Assembly (NCBI GenBank): GCA_030593185.1
Contig: JAUVHQ010000001.1
Coordinates: 1-32,355, forward strand
Length of the DNA stretch: 32,355 nucleotides
Direction: 5' to 3'
Source of the DNA: Bacteroidota bacterium
Lineage (GTDB): Bacteria; Bacteroidota; Bacteroidia; Bacteroidales; VadinHA17
The translations under genes and the position numbers were made by a program. The notes below the pieces were generated by a model. That model saw nothing but the letters and a program-made list of their open reading frames with translations. It did no database searches and had not been told where the DNA came from. Shown piece by piece: positions 8,120-15,582 of this stretch. Position 1 is the stretch's first letter. Every line of letters starts with the position of its first letter.

Positions 8120-8212
8120 TTACTTCCGCTTTTTATGCCTGTTTTTTCTCAGGCGCTTTTTCCGCTTATGCGTTGACATCTTATGTCTTTTCTTCTTCTT
8201 TCCGCTAGGCAT
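8120..8212 (-). CDS. 30-aa Lys/Arg/His-rich protein, bS22-like (AURKAIP1/COX24-type small ribosomal protein family)
   Basis: I translated this myself: MPSGKKKKRHKMSTHKRKKRLRKNRHKKRK*. It starts with ATG (8210-8212) and stops with TAA (8120-8122), 39 nt downstream of the hup stop on the same strand. It falls below the size cutoff of the ORF track. Confidence 0.65.
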   Translation of the reverse strand: MPSGKKKKRHKMSTHKRKKRLRKNRHKKRK

Positions 8213-8251
8213 AAATTCATTAATTTGCGAAGTAATGTTCAGAAATTCCTT

Positions 8252-8539
8252 CTAATGTTTAACATTATTCTTCACCTTACCAACAAATGTTTTTGAAGGC
8301 TTAAAGGCAGGGATGAAATGCTCAGGAATAATTATTGTAGTATTCTTAGAAATATTCCTTGCAGTTTTTTTAGCTCTCTTTTTCACAATAAAACTGCCAA
8401 ATCCACGAAGATATACATTTTTATCTTTTACAAGTGAATCCTTAACAGTTTCCATGAAAGCTTCAATTGTCTTTTGTACTGTTACCTTTTCAATACCGGT
8501 ATTTTTCGAAATTTCGTTTACAATGTCTGCTTTTGTCAT
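8252..8539 (-). CDS. hup: HU-family DNA-binding protein
   Basis: The 95-aa product reads MTKADIVNEISKNTG...VYLRGFGSFIVKKRAKKTARNISKNTTIIIPEHFIPAFKPSK, which is the canonical HU/IHF fold signature with a beta-arm. Confidence 0.9.
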   Translation of the reverse strand: MTKADIVNEISKNTGIEKVTVQKTIEAFMETVKDSLVKDKNVYLRGFGSFIVKKRAKKTARNISKNTTIIIPEHFIPAFKPSKTFVGKVKNNVKH

Positions 8540-8592
8540 TTTTTAAAATCTTTAGTTATCAATATTTTACATCGGTTTTAATATCAAGTGTG

Positions 8593-8600
8593 CAAATATA
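8593..8600 (-). promoter_or_regulatory. candidate -7 box TATATTTG(CA) for hup
   Basis: The forward sequence tgcaaatata is TATATTTGCA on the minus strand and matches TAnnTTTG. It lies 53 nt upstream of the hup ATG. The same decamer recurs upstream of two other minus-strand genes (14038-14048, 27575-27583). No clean -33 TTTG was seen. Confidence 0.35.
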
Positions 8601-8670
8601 AAAGATTTCCAACAATAAACGAAATACTTAACTATTTTTTTTACTATTTTTGTAATTAAAAGAAACGAAT

Positions 8671-8825
8671 CAGTCTGCAATCGGCAGTCGGCAGTCGGCA
8701 GTCACATATAACGTATTACGAATAACAATTAACAAAATAACGAATTAGCAAATTAACGATGAAGAAGAAGTCGGCAGTCAGCAGTCAGGGTTCTACATAG
8801 AAACCCGAAACCCGTAACTCGTAAC
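8671..8825. repeat. composite spacer built of four word families (cagtcgg x5, ataacga-type, gaag, acccgta-type)
   Basis: Positions 8671-8705 read cagtctg caatcgg cagtcgg cagtcgg cagtcac. Positions 8708-8759 hold ataacg/aattaac words and 8761-8770 is gaagaagaag. Positions 8770-8789 read gtcggcagtcagcagtcagg, and 8803-8825 read acccgaa acccgta actcgta ac. Confidence 0.85.
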
Positions 8826-8901
8826 AATTTTATCATTTACGCATTTAATCATTTTTGACTTAAGACACTGAGAATAGTTACAATAAAAGAAATTAAACAA
8901 T

Positions 8902-9387
8902 ATGTCAATAAACAAAGTAATTCTGGTAGGTAATGTTGGAAAAGATCCTGAAGTAAGATATCTGGACAGCGGTGTAGCTGTTGCTAATTTTCCTTTTGCA
9001 ACAAGCGAAACATATAAGAATAAACAAGGAGAAAAGGTTACAAACACTGAATGGCACAATATTGTTATGTGGAGGGGATTAGCCGAAGTGGTTGAAAAAT
9101 ATGTAAACAAGGGGTCTCAGCTTTACATAGAAGGAAAGATCAGAACACGGTCGTACGATGACAGGGATGGAAATAAACGTTACATTACAGAAATTATTGG
9201 AGACAATATGCAAATGCTTGGACGTAAAAGTGACAGAAACAGTATTCCTCCTCCTTCTGAAGAAGACGCCCCCGTTGCAAAATCTGATAATCAGGATATT
9301 ACAACATCCAGCATAGACAAGGCCACTGGTAATTTCGAGAACCAGGATACTTCAACCACGGAAGAAAATGACGATCTTCCATTTTAG
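8902..9387 (+). CDS. ssb: single-stranded DNA-binding protein
   Basis: The 161-aa product has an OB fold (MSINKVILVGNVGKDPEVRY...TEWHNIV.W), a disordered acidic tail and the canonical C-terminal DDLPF tip. Confidence 0.95.
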   Translation: MSINKVILVGNVGKDPEVRYLDSGVAVANFPFATSETYKNKQGEKVTNTEWHNIVMWRGLAEVVEKYVNKGSQLYIEGKIRTRSYDDRDGNKRYITEIIGDNMQMLGRKSDRNSIPPPSEEDAPVAKSDNQDITTSSIDKATGNFENQDTSTTEENDDLPF

Positions 9388-9423
9388 TCCGTTAAATAAG
9401 TTATAAACATATATTCATTTAGT

Positions 9424-10776
9424 TTGGAAACAGATGATCCTTACTCGTGGATGCCGCTAATAAGCAGCAATATTACTTTCCATTCTTTTAACCCCATTAT
9501 TTTTGTCTGGTTAACAGTATTGATCCTGCTTCTTATATGTTCAGCATTTATCTCCGGATCGGAAGTGGCATATTTTTCACTTTCACCTTCAGACATAGAT
9601 AGATTCAAACGGGAAAAAAGCAAGAAATCTAACCGTATCATGAAATTAATTGATATGCCCGAAAGGTTACTTGGATCTATTCTTATATCTAATAATTTTG
9701 TTAATGTCGGGATTGTAATCATATCGAACTATATTATCAACAGAATAGTGGATCTGTCTGATGCCAGAGTAATCGGGTTTATTTTCCGGGTGGTAATTAT
9801 AACCTTCCTGCTCTTACTATTTGGAGAAATTCTGCCCAAAATATACGCGACACAATTTGCAATTAAATTTGCCAGGTTAATGGCTACACCTCTCACAATT
9901 CTTGATAAGATTTTTAAACCAATCAGTCTGGTTCTAATATCATCAACATCTATTATTCAGAAAAAATTTACTCGTTTAAAGGATGATATTTCCATGGATG
10001 ATCTGTCTGAAGTTCTCGATCTTCCGTCAACCGAAATAACCGAAGATAAAGAGATTCTCAAGGGCATTGTCCGGTTCGGGAATATTGATGCAAAAGAAAT
10101 AATGAAAGCAAGAATGGATATTTTCGCTATTAATATTGATACAAAATTCACCGACCTTTTACCCGAAATTATCTCTTCAGGTTATTCAAGGATACCTGTT
10201 TATATTGAATCACTCGACAACATTAAAGGAATGTTGTATATAAAAGACCTGCTTTCCCATATGCACAAACCAAATACTTTCAGGTGGCAATCTCTTATTC
10301 GACCACCCTATTTTGTACCTGAAACAAAAAAGATAAATGATCTTCTTGAAGAATTCCAGGCAAAAAAGATCCATATGGCCATTGTTCTGGACGAATACGG
10401 AGGAACATATGGATTAATAACACTTGAAGATATTCTGGAGGAGATCGTTGGTGAAATTACAGATGAATATGACGAGGAGGAACCAACTTATAAAAAACTT
10501 GGTGAAAATGTTTTTCTTTTTGAAGGAAAAACACAACTTAATGATTTTTATAAGATTACCGGATCAAAAATTGGTGTTTTTGATAAAGTAAAAGGCGAAG
10601 CTGATACACTTGCCGGACTTATTCTTGAATTAAAAGGGGAAATTCCTATGAAGGATGATGTTATCAAGTACAGCAATTTTGTATTCAACGTTACATCGGT
10701 TGATAACCGTCGAATTAAAGAAATAGAAGTCAGGATTGAAGGTTTTTCAAAGACTGAAAATGAAAAAAAACAATAG
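9424..10776 (+). CDS. gldE: gliding-motility protein GldE (CNNM/DUF21 TM domain + CBS pair + CorC_HlyC)
   Basis: The 450-aa product has four N-terminal TM helices with GSEVAYFSLS, then a CBS pair, then a C-terminal transporter-associated domain. Its position directly after ssb and before gldD matches the Flavobacterium johnsoniae gldE-gldD arrangement. The ORF track uses a TTG start at 9424, and the ATG at 9451 is an alternative. Confidence 0.75.
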   Translation: METDDPYSWMPLISSNITFHSFNPIIFVWLTVLILLLICSAFISGSEVAYFSLSPSDIDRFKREKSKKSNRIMKLIDMPERLLGSILISNNFVNVGIVIISNYIINRIVDLSDARVIGFIFRVVIITFLLLLFGEILPKIYATQFAIKFARLMATPLTILDKIFKPISLVLISSTSIIQKKFTRLKDDISMDDLSEVLDLPSTEITEDKEILKGIVRFGNIDAKEIMKARMDIFAINIDTKFTDLLPEIISSGYSRIPVYIESLDNIKGMLYIKDLLSHMHKPNTFRWQSLIRPPYFVPETKKINDLLEEFQAKKIHMAIVLDEYGGTYGLITLEDILEEIVGEITDEYDEEEPTYKKLGENVFLFEGKTQLNDFYKITGSKIGVFDKVKGEADTLAGLILELKGEIPMKDDVIKYSNFVFNVTSVDNRRIKEIEVRIEGFSKTENEKKQ

Positions 10777-11362
10777 CAAATCAACCATACTATTCCTGTT
10801 AACTTTTGTAATATTGGGGGGTCTGTTTGGCGGAACATCATGTAAAAAACAGACTGTTCCCAAACCACGGGGATATTTCAGGATCGACCTGCCTCAAAAG
10901 AAGTACCATCTTTTTGATTCAGTATGCCCCTATAGTTTTGAGTACCCGGTTTATTCCAGAATAGCAGCTGACACCGATTTTAATACTGAACCATGCTGGA
11001 TAAACATATTATACCCGGCATATAATGCAAATATCCATATTAGCTATAAACAGATTCATAATAACCTTGATGAAATGGTTGAAGATGCTCACACACTGGT
11101 TTATAAACACACAATTAAAGCTGATGCTATTCACGAAGAAATATTTCAAAATCCTGAAAAAAAAGTTTATGGTATCTTATACGACATTCACGGTGATGCT
11201 GCTTCATCTGTCCAATTCTGGTTAACAGACAGTACAGATCATTATTTAAGAGGTGCCTTGTATTTCATGGTTGAGCCTGCGGAAGATTCTCTTGCTCCTG
11301 TAATCGCTTTTATCAAAGAAGATATAATGCACTTGATAGAAACTATGAACTGGAAAAAATAA
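10760..11362 (+). CDS. gldD: gliding-motility lipoprotein GldD
   Basis: I start this at the internal ATG at 10760 (MKKNNSKSTILFLLTFVILGGLFGGTSCKK, a lipoprotein signal with Cys). PKPRGYFRIDLP, HTIKADAI, VYGILYDIHGDAASSVQFWLTDS and LRGALYF resemble GldD as I remember it. This start overlaps the gldE stop by 17 nt. Confidence 0.75.
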   Translation: MKKNNSKSTILFLLTFVILGGLFGGTSCKKQTVPKPRGYFRIDLPQKKYHLFDSVCPYSFEYPVYSRIAADTDFNTEPCWINILYPAYNANIHISYKQIHNNLDEMVEDAHTLVYKHTIKADAIHEEIFQNPEKKVYGILYDIHGDAASSVQFWLTDSTDHYLRGALYFMVEPAEDSLAPVIAFIKEDIMHLIETMNWKK

Positions 11363-11430
11363 ATCCCGGATTTGGTGATATTTTTTTATTAACTTGCCTT
11401 GGTTTTTCTGAGAAAAATGGATTCTTTATC

Positions 11431-12066
11431 ATGGGAATGATCCTGAAAAAAAAACTGGAAGATGGAAGTATATTGGGGATATGGGAGATTACTGAAGATA
11501 TTAATGTACTCCTTGACCAGATTAAACTTTCCGACACGGAACTTGATCGTTTTAACGGATTCCTTAGTCATGCACGAAAGCTTGAATTCCTGAGTGTACG
11601 GGCACTATTAAGAAAAATGGTTAATTTTAAAACAAAAATCATATATAATGGTAACCGGAAGCCTTATCTTGATGATGGTTCTCATAATATTAGTATTTCT
11701 CATTCAAAAAACCTTACATCAATACTTCTGAATAAAACTAAAAGAGTTGGAATTGATCTTGAATATATGTCCCACAGGATCAGAAAAATTGCTCATAAGT
11801 TCATTAACGACAATGAATCGATCAATAAGAATAATCTCACTGAGAAATATCATCTCTATATTCACTGGTGTGCCAAGGAGGCGCTATATAAGGTATGTGA
11901 CAAGAAAGATATTAATTTCAGACTAAATCTATTCATTAAACCATTTCCTGTAAATAATAAAGGTGTTATTAAGGGTAAAGTTAACAGTGAAAAGATTAAC
12001 GAAGAATTTGATTTGAATTATTTCAAATATGATAATTATATTATCGTCTATACGAGTAAAGATTAA
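11431..12066 (+). CDS. 4'-phosphopantetheinyl transferase (Sfp-type)
   Basis: The 211-aa product has NISISHS, GIDLEYM (Mg-binding Asp/Glu motif) and WCAKEALYK (W..KEA..K), the characteristic PPTase motifs. Confidence 0.75.
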   Translation: MGMILKKKLEDGSILGIWEITEDINVLLDQIKLSDTELDRFNGFLSHARKLEFLSVRALLRKMVNFKTKIIYNGNRKPYLDDGSHNISISHSKNLTSILLNKTKRVGIDLEYMSHRIRKIAHKFINDNESINKNNLTEKYHLYIHWCAKEALYKVCDKKDINFRLNLFIKPFPVNNKGVIKGKVNSEKINEEFDLNYFKYDNYIIVYTSKD

Positions 12067-12069
12067 TTT

Positions 12070-12807
12070 ATGATCTACGATTGGATAGTTAAGCAGGTAT
12101 TAAATGGGAAAAAATTATTTGCCCTTCTTCTTGATCCTGATGAATATAATGACCAGTCACTAAAGCACACCTTAATAGAAGCCGGCAAAACAGAAACAGA
12201 TTTTATTCTTGTTGGTGGCAGCCTTGTCTCTACTCCTGTCGCCCCCTTTATTCAAAAAATAAAAGAAAATTCAGAAATACCTGTTTTACTTTTTCCCGGC
12301 AACTTGCTTCAAATCAGTGATAATGCTGATGGAATACTGTTTTTATCTCTTATTTCGGGTCGTAATCCTGATTTGCTTATCGGTAATCATGTTGCAGCTG
12401 CTTCAATGATAAAAGGTTCAGGGATGGAAGTAATTTCAACCGGGTATATCCTTGTTGAGAATGGGAAATCCACTTCGGTTGAATATATCAGCAATACTAA
12501 ACCTGTTCCATCTGATAAACCGGATATTGCATCAGCCACAGCTATTGCCGGAGAAATGCTTGGTTTCAAGCTAATTTATCTTGAAGCCGGTAGCGGTGCA
12601 CAGCATCCTATAAAAACAGAAATAATTACCCGTGTAAAAAAGAACATTGAAGTACCTCTTATTGTTGGCGGCGGTATCAGAAATACTGAAGATGCTAAAA
12701 ATATACTAAATGCCGGCGCTGATATTATTGTTATTGGAAATGCAATTGAGAAAGATACTTCCTTTCTGAAAAAGGTTAGCGACATCACAAAGAAATGGAG
12801 TTCATAA
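12070..12807 (+). CDS. geranylgeranylglyceryl-phosphate synthase family protein (PcrB/GGGPS, TIM barrel)
   Basis: The 245-aa product has LLLDPD, ILVGGS, LLFPGN, ISGRNPDLLIG, IYLEAGSGA, LIVGGGIR and IVIGNA, which are GGGPS/PcrB hallmarks. It starts 4 nt after the PPTase stop. Confidence 0.85.
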   Translation: MIYDWIVKQVLNGKKLFALLLDPDEYNDQSLKHTLIEAGKTETDFILVGGSLVSTPVAPFIQKIKENSEIPVLLFPGNLLQISDNADGILFLSLISGRNPDLLIGNHVAAASMIKGSGMEVISTGYILVENGKSTSVEYISNTKPVPSDKPDIASATAIAGEMLGFKLIYLEAGSGAQHPIKTEIITRVKKNIEVPLIVGGGIRNTEDAKNILNAGADIIVIGNAIEKDTSFLKKVSDITKKWSS

Positions 12808-12875
12808 CTTTACAAGAAATAATTGTTCTAATTGCTATCATTTCCATAAATATAACGTACAATGCCAATTAAATA

Positions 12876-12911
12876 AATAACGTTATTAATTACGTTATTA
12901 ATAACGTTATT
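12876..12911. repeat. three tandem palindromic 12-mers: AATAACGTTATT / AATTACGTTATT / AATAACGTTATT
   Basis: I read this directly at 12876-12887, 12888-12899 and 12900-12911. Units 1 and 3 are perfect palindromes with an ACGT core. The array sits in the convergent spacer, about 70 nt from the terminator hairpin. Confidence 0.9.
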
Positions 12912-12978
12912 CTTTATATTAATCAAGGGGCTTTCGTTAAAAGGAATTATGCAAATAACTCTATCAATTAACAGGAAC

Positions 12979-13007
12979 AAAAAAAACCGCCTGAAGGCGG
13001 AATTTTT
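12979..13007. terminator. bidirectional intrinsic terminator
   Basis: In aaaaaaaaCCGCCtgaaGGCGGaattttt, a GC stem at 12987-13000 is flanked by an A-run upstream and a T-run downstream. It therefore reads as hairpin + U-tract on both strands. It lies between the convergent genes ending at 12807 (+) and 13032 (-). Confidence 0.65.
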
Positions 13008-13031
13008 CACACTACCATTAAGTAAAATATC

Positions 13032-14003
13032 TTAATTGCACTTAAGCACAACTTCAATTTGATATTTAGCACCCTCGGCATAATCACCAAACATTGCTTT
13101 TTTAAAGGCAATACATGCTTCACTGTTATTGTCAAGACCAATATAGGCATTCCCCATCTCGTAGAATATCCCTGCTTTCTCAGTATCTCCACCATTTTCA
13201 AATTCTTCAGCTCTCTTAAGTGTTTTCACTGCTAATTCGTACTGCTTTTTAGAATTATAGATTTTTCCCAATTGAAAATATACCATTGGATTTTTTGATC
13301 CATATTCGACAGCACTTTTAAAACTTGTTTCAGCTTCATCCATATTCTCAGCCTGGAGAGATATAACAGCTTTATTAAAATAGAAAGTTCTGAGCACCTG
13401 CTCAGCCTGATCCGCCGTTTTAATATCGTTATTTGCAAACCCAAGCTCAATTGTTTTAGTAAGTGAGGCTTTCATATTTAATTCGTCATCAAGATCTTTG
13501 TAAATTAATCCTTTTGATAAATATGCTTTGGTCAGGTTAGGGTTCAATTCAACAGCTTTATCCAGGTTTTTCAATGCTTCCTGTGGATTTTGTTTCATTA
13601 GTGAATTCCCCTGAACCATATAGAGTTGCGGAATAACTTTATTTGCTTTCGCCAAGATATTACTGTTATTGTATTTATCAGCTATCTCTCCGGCTTTTTT
13701 AAACCTTTCAATAGCTTCTTCAATTTTTTTCTGCTTATATGATTCCATTGCAAGTTTATAATACAATCCTGGCAACTGGGTTTCAGCAAGTACTCTGGTC
13801 TCTTCTGCGTCATCACCTACAATATCACATAGTTTGATGCATTTGTTAAATGCTTCAATTGCACCCCCGGGATCAGATTTTATTAACTGTGCTCCTTCAT
13901 TATAGGCTGAAATTGCATCGTTGTTGGTCTGCGAAATTCCAGTAAAAGGCGCTAAAATAAAAGCTGACACAATAATTAAAAATAGTTGTTTATACTTCAT
14001 CAT
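13032..14003 (-). CDS. secreted tetratricopeptide-repeat protein
   Basis: The 323-aa product has a signal peptide (MMKYKQLFLIIVSAFILAPFTGISQ). It contains many 34-aa TPR-like units (A..AY...G......A...F.KA.E..P). Confidence 0.75.
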   Translation of the reverse strand: MMKYKQLFLIIVSAFILAPFTGISQTNNDAISAYNEGAQLIKSDPGGAIEAFNKCIKLCDIVGDDAEETRVLAETQLPGLYYKLAMESYKQKKIEEAIERFKKAGEIADKYNNSNILAKANKVIPQLYMVQGNSLMKQNPQEALKNLDKAVELNPNLTKAYLSKGLIYKDLDDELNMKASLTKTIELGFANNDIKTADQAEQVLRTFYFNKAVISLQAENMDEAETSFKSAVEYGSKNPMVYFQLGKIYNSKKQYELAVKTLKRAEEFENGGDTEKAGIFYEMGNAYIGLDNNSEACIAFKKAMFGDYAEGAKYQIEVVLKCN

Positions 14004-14040
14004 AACAAATAATTTTATTAAACAAATTTATTTAAGAATG

Positions 14041-14048
14041 CAAATATA
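14041..14048 (-). promoter_or_regulatory. candidate -7 box TATATTTG(CA) for the TPR gene
   Basis: The forward sequence tgcaaatata at 14039-14048 is TATATTTGCA on the minus strand, 37 nt upstream of the ATG at 14003. Confidence 0.3.
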
Positions 14049-14109
14049 TAAAAAAGATAATTTAAACCCAATATTCAATAAAAACAGGCTTAAAAATAAC
14101 AAACAAAAA

Positions 14110-15219
14110 TTATTCCAAAATACATGGATAATCTGTTTTTCCAAATGCAATTTTTTTGTTCTCTTTTGCCAGTTTAACCATTCCTTCTCTTTCATATATC
14201 CTGCTTAATCCTGCATATGCCAGAGCGGTGTAAGTATCTACCCGCGGATTGAACTCAACAGCCATCTCAATACCTTTTTTATATAATTTTTCAGACACTT
14301 TGTAGTTGTGGTTAACGAGTTCTTCTATCATCCCATTAAAAATCAATTCCATCATTTGTGCAAAATCATCTGATTTTTTTTGCTGTTCAAGCATTGGTAT
14401 TAGTTCAGCTGCTTTCTCATAATCATTAACAACAAAAAGATTAAAGATCAAATGAACAAGATAAAAAGTGTTATCCGGGTATAATTCATGCAGTTGCTCT
14501 GCATAATTCAAAGCCATTCGAGGATTGCATTCGTAACTCAAATAAATATGATGTAAAAAGAATAGCCCCTCAGCTTTCATAAAAACTGAATTGTTTGCTA
14601 TCCAATTAAGTTCCTTTAGCCCTTCAATCCGGCTACCTTTGTGAAGAAATATCAGCAAAGGTTTATAAGCCGGATGAGCTTCAGGATATGCTTCAATATA
14701 ATAACTATAAAGACCCGTAAAAAACTTATATTCCTTAAAAGCATCTTTTAAATCAAAAGCCTTCACTACACGCCTATAGGAGTAAGGAATATGTTTTATT
14801 ACCTTAATAATCTGATCATTGTCAGCATAATACATCATCTGCATTGCATGTGCAACAAGACTGAAGAAACTGCCTTCAATATAATCATCCCCGCTTTTCA
14901 TCACTTCATCAGATAACGCGGCACTTTTTTTCATCTTTTGGATAAACATATTCACTGCATCTGAATTATTTGGATTAAGAGGCGCATTTTGCCAAAAAAT
15001 ACTTAGTCCTTCGAGAAATGGGACAACCGGATGGTTAGGAATTTCATTTTCAATTATCCTGAACAGGGAATCAGCTTTTTTAAATTCGTAGTTATACATA
15101 AAGTCCAATCCGTACTTTATTCTGGTCATTATAACTTCGTTGCTGATAAGCTTATCCTGTCCCGCTGCTACAGAGAAATAAACAGAAGTTATTATGAAAA
15201 AAAGCAGAAACCTTCGCAT
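14110..15219 (-). CDS. secreted all-alpha (TPR-like) protein of unknown function
   Basis: The 369-aa product has a signal peptide (MRRFLLFFIITSVYFSVAAGQ) and helical-repeat-like composition. I recognise no catalytic motif. Confidence 0.55.
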   Translation of the reverse strand: MRRFLLFFIITSVYFSVAAGQDKLISNEVIMTRIKYGLDFMYNYEFKKADSLFRIIENEIPNHPVVPFLEGLSIFWQNAPLNPNNSDAVNMFIQKMKKSAALSDEVMKSGDDYIEGSFFSLVAHAMQMMYYADNDQIIKVIKHIPYSYRRVVKAFDLKDAFKEYKFFTGLYSYYIEAYPEAHPAYKPLLIFLHKGSRIEGLKELNWIANNSVFMKAEGLFFLHHIYLSYECNPRMALNYAEQLHELYPDNTFYLVHLIFNLFVVNDYEKAAELIPMLEQQKKSDDFAQMMELIFNGMIEELVNHNYKVSEKLYKKGIEMAVEFNPRVDTYTALAYAGLSRIYEREGMVKLAKENKKIAFGKTDYPCILE

Positions 15220-15244
15220 ATTAAATAAATTTTTCGGTAACTAT

Positions 15245-15450
15245 TCAATGTCTAAAGTGCCTAGAATGCTAAAATGTTTAAAGCATAATAAGTATACAGA
15301 TTTTGCGAACGAAGTGAAGCAATCTTTCAAGACTTTTCGTAAAGCTTATGACAGTTCATTTATTTGACATTCTGGTTATTTTTGGGAGTTTGCTTCGTCG
15401 CTTCGCTCCTCGCAAAATCCTTTTTCAACCAATAAAATCCGGTTTAAACT
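15245..15450. repeat. copy B (inverted orientation) of the roughly 200-bp long-hairpin repeat
   Basis: The core at 15298-15420 reads agattttgcgaacgaagtgaagcaatc...gcttcgtcgcttcgctcctcgcaaaatcc. Its reverse complement aligns with 3780-3902. The flanks also align (15272-15297 with 3903-3925, and 15421-15450 with 3751-3779). The inner stem is less well paired than in copy A. Confidence 0.8.
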
Positions 15451-15490
15451 TCACCTCTTCGCCTATCTTCTTATCATCTCCTTATTTCTT

Positions 15491-15568
15491 CATTTTATCA
15501 TTTACTCATTTTATCATTTACTCACCTTACTCAACTCTTCATTCTTCCCTTTTGCCTTTTGCCTTTTC
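15491..15568. repeat. pyrimidine-rich word arrays (perfect 16-mer duplication, then ccttttg x3)
   Basis: cattttatcatttact occurs at 15491-15506 and again at 15507-15522. ccttttg ccttttg ccttttc occupies 15548-15568. The supplied ORF 15348-15590 merely translates this low-complexity tract. Confidence 0.85.
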
Positions 15569-15582
15569 TTCTCCTTTCAACT

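Noticed and set aside
8793-9110. 105-aa minus-strand ORF overlapping the ssb start and the upstream spacer.
   Set aside because: It is antisense to the clearly real ssb and extends into word repeats, with no motif.
11343-11571. Two small minus-strand ORFs (11343-11537, 11389-11571) at the gldD / PPTase junction.
   Set aside because: They are antisense to the PPTase 5' end, with no motifs. The plus-strand genes account for the region.
12828-13201. Minus-strand ORFs 12828-13010 and 13007-13201.
   Set aside because: The first translates the palindromic 12-mer array (NNVINNVINNVI) and runs through the terminator hairpin. The second is an alternate frame of the TPR gene's 3' end.
13921-14208. 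95-aa plus-strand ORF, and 15031-15228 (+), bridging gene boundaries of the TPR-like genes.
   Set aside because: Both are antisense to signal-peptide regions and an AT-rich spacer, with low-complexity Asn/Lys/Ile-rich products.
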